This document shows, in pieces, positions 27,557 to 29,440 of a stretch of DNA of 29,440 bases. The notes under the pieces were generated by a model. It saw only the letters and a list, made by a program, of their open reading frames with translations, did no database searches and had not been told where the DNA came from. The stretch lies in IMG/VR virus record IMGVR_UViG_3300045988_117814, positions 1 through 29,440 of that record; one strand, given 5' to 3'. Position 1 is the stretch's first letter; every line of letters starts with the position of its first letter. Source of the DNA: a virus (lineage: Duplodnaviria > Heunggongvirae > Uroviricota > Caudoviricetes). The translations under genes were made by a program, and so were the position numbers.

Positions 27557-27600
27557 CACTCAATTGGTTATGGTTGTCGTAAATAATTGAGTGGGAATGA
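27557..27600. other. Probable attR junction: inverted repeat overlapping a remnant of the guaA 3' end
   Basis: Inverted repeat CACTCAATT-N19-AATTGAGTG (27557-27593); ATT GAG TGG GAA TGA (27586-27600) encodes ...IEWE-stop but is preceded by an in-frame TAA. Confidence 0.4.
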
Positions 27601-27624
27601 TTTGACCCTGCACTATGAATGAAC

Positions 27625-27656
27625 AAAACCCTCTGTTACTACAGAGGGTTTTTTAT
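27625..27656. terminator. Bidirectional rho-independent terminator (chromosomal, between guaA remnant and yfgI)
   Basis: AAAACCCTCTGT-tact-ACAGAGGGTTTT hairpin flanked by an A-run and a T-run. Confidence 0.7.
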
Positions 27657-27692
27657 CTTCAAGAATTATAGGATTGAAGTTACTAACATCGA

Positions 27693-28232
27693 TTAATTAA
27701 ACCAGCTGTCCGATTTGTTCTCTTCTGCTTTGCCCACGCTTTTCATCAGATCGCGACCGCCTTCAGTCATATTTCTGTTGGCGTCAGCTTCAGATTGCAC
27801 CACATCGGTTTGCGCAGCTTTGTGCTTCAGTTCCTGATCGATAAATTCGTTTTCTCGCTTAACGCGGGCTTCTTCTTTCGCCAGCGCCAGTTTTTGTTTC
27901 TGAATCTCTAAGCTGCGTAGCTCATCTTCATAACTTTGATCGCGTTTTTTGTCCGCAGAGGCTTCGGCGTCCAGTTTATCCTGACGAGCTTTCTTATTTG
28001 CCGCTGCCGTTGCCGCTCTTTTGTTAGCGGCGGCCTGGGCATTTGCGCGACGTTGCTTCTCTTGCTGGATTTCCCTGTTGCGCTCCGCGACCCATTCGTC
28101 ATGCTGCCTTTGCTCTTCATTTTTACCTTGCTGTTCCGCTTCTGCGACAGCAGAGAGTTGATCCTGCAATGATGAGGCGATAGCCGGATAGCTTAAGGAG
28201 GCTAAGATGGCGCAAAGAAAAACTTTCTTCAT
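27693..28232 (-). CDS. yfgI: Chromosomal secreted/periplasmic protein, YfgI-like
   Basis: 179 aa; signal peptide (MKKVFLCAILASLSYPAIA) then a charged coiled coil; size and neighbour order match the E. coli yfgG-yfgH-yfgI locus as I recall it. Confidence 0.65.
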   Translation of the reverse strand: MKKVFLCAILASLSYPAIASSLQDQLSAVAEAEQQGKNEEQRQHDEWVAERNREIQQEKQRRANAQAAANKRAATAAANKKARQDKLDAEASADKKRDQSYEDELRSLEIQKQKLALAKEEARVKRENEFIDQELKHKAAQTDVVQSEADANRNMTEGGRDLMKSVGKAEENKSDSWFN

Positions 28233-28247
28233 GACTCCTCCTGATTA

Positions 28248-28766
28248 TTAGCTCTTTTCAGGACATTTGGTATTTGGCTGAATACGCGTTTCGTTATACG
28301 TCGTGGTAATAACAACGGCTAAACCTGTCGTAAACTGGCACTCTTTACCCACCTGGGTAGAGGTATACACTTTGGTGCCTTCCTTATAGGTTAAAGAAAC
28401 ACCTTCCACTAAGGTTTTATCATTCACCATAGAACCCGCTGCCGCGCCTACAGCTCCGCCGCCAACTGCACCTGCCGTCGTTCCGGAATTGCTGCCAGAC
28501 CCGACGTTGTGGCCGATAACACCGCCAGCGACTGCGCCAATAAGCGCGCCGAAGGCTTGTGCGTTCCGTTTATTTTGGGAGTTGTCTACGGCAACTTTTG
28601 CGGGAAGAATGGAAATAATATTAACGGTTTTAGTTTCTTGTTTGGTATTCAGTTGATCGGTTTGATAAACATCGGCGGCATGATCGTCAGCATTTGACTG
28701 GCATCCTGCCAGAGTGAATGACGCTAACATTGCTACAGGCAGAAGACATTTTTTAAATTTCATCAC
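28248..28766 (-). CDS. yfgH: Outer-membrane lipoprotein with a glycine-zipper segment, YfgH-like
   Basis: 172 aa; lipobox LAGC; Gly-rich stretch GALIGAVAGGVIGHNVGSG...GAVGGGAVGAAAG. Confidence 0.7.
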   Translation of the reverse strand: MMKFKKCLLPVAMLASFTLAGCQSNADDHAADVYQTDQLNTKQETKTVNIISILPAKVAVDNSQNKRNAQAFGALIGAVAGGVIGHNVGSGSNSGTTAGAVGGGAVGAAAGSMVNDKTLVEGVSLTYKEGTKVYTSTQVGKECQFTTGLAVVITTTYNETRIQPNTKCPEKS

Positions 28767-29078
28767 TATTCCTTGTTATACACATTACGAAAAATAAGAC
28801 ATTTAAGATCATCAAAAGAGGAAAGTAAATGTATTGCGTATAAAGGGATAGATTAAATTTATTAAAATTCACGCAGGGAATGATTTATAAAAATATATCA
28901 TTACAACATATATATATTAATTTTATATTTATTTCGCAGCCAAACAGGATAAACATCAGTCAGGACAAAGACGTAAAATTTAAGATGAAAGAATATCTGC
29001 CGCTTTGATAATCCCAAAGAGCAAAAGCATCCGACAGCGAAGTGCCGTTATGTTCTGTGAAAGTGGAGAAGGTAACCG

Positions 29079-29270
29079 CTAACGTTGTACCGGTGATTCG
29101 ACGGAGAGTGTGGATTGCTGAGCTTCTTTTTTGCTCTGATGGTGCTGCCAGGCACCGACGGACGAGTAGATAAAACGGCCAAAGAAGAAGATAAAGCTGA
29201 TGAGCAGTACGATACGGGTCATGCGACTGTTAAATCGGTGTCGTTTTCGCATACTGGTTGCCTGACTCAC
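29079..29270 (-). CDS. yfgG: Small membrane protein, YfgG-like
   Basis: 63 aa with a single hydrophobic helix (IVLLISFIFFFGRFIY); GTG start at 29270 (first ATG at 29252). Confidence 0.6.
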   Translation of the reverse strand: MSQATSMRKRHRFNSRMTRIVLLISFIFFFGRFIYSSVGAWQHHQSKKEAQQSTLSVESPVQR

Positions 29271-29440
29271 AAAAGGTTCCTTGAAGTATGTCCCACGCTG
29301 TGGACGGTACTTACATTAAGGCACAACAGGACAAAATGGTCAATTCTTCGTTATGTAAAAAAGCGTCAGTGGATACATATTTTAATGTTATGGAAGTTAA
29401 TTTAATTATTTACAATGATGATGTAATAATGATGAATTAA

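Larger units (their letters stand above)
1..27600 (+). mobile_element. Right-hand portion of an integrated temperate podovirus prophage (T7-like structural module, epsilon15/phiV10-like layout); the left end with the integrase lies outside the window
   Basis: Contiguous + strand block terS-terL-portal-scaffold-capsid-tail tube-ejection proteins-tailspike-lysis genes with overlapping stop/start codons, followed after ~27.6 kb by chromosomal-type genes on the - strand. Confidence 0.8.

Noticed and set aside
1-29440. CRISPR arrays, IS elements/transposases, integrase, toxin-antitoxin pairs
   Set aside because: No regularly spaced direct repeats, no transposase- or integrase-like ORFs, and no obvious two-gene toxin-antitoxin cassette were seen; the integrase is expected at the left prophage end outside the window.

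Overview
The window is the right-hand ~27.6 kb of an integrated temperate podovirus prophage, followed by about 1.8 kb of Escherichia-type chromosome (yfgI-yfgH-yfgG, called from memory of sizes and order). All calls come from reading the sequence and ORF track by eye; no database search was run. From left to right on the + strand: the end of the early region (a 5'-clipped DUF551-like gene, an ASCH-like gene, a zinc-ribbon gene), terminase small and large subunits, then a T7-like structural module (gp6.7-like, portal, scaffold, major capsid, gp11/gp12-like tail tube, gp14-like and three large internal/ejection proteins), an AT-rich tailspike, a convergent AT-rich acyltransferase-3 (O-antigen acetylase-like) gene, and a lysis cassette (holin, GH19 endolysin, Rz with embedded Rz1). 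The overall layout resembles epsilon15/phiV10-type phages. The most interesting candidates for undescribed biology are (1) a small minus-strand gene sitting directly behind a near-consensus LexA box between the last ejection-protein gene and the tailspike, a likely SOS-triggered antirepressor or regulator, and (2) a counter-oriented moron between terL and the portal carrying a tRNA-Arg(UCU), an unknown 123-aa protein, its own terminator and an unusually long ~430-bp non-coding leader. Also notable are a 15-bp motif shared by the upstream regions of two late units, and an apparent attR junction that preserves the last codons of guaA. No integrase, CRISPR array or IS element is in the window.
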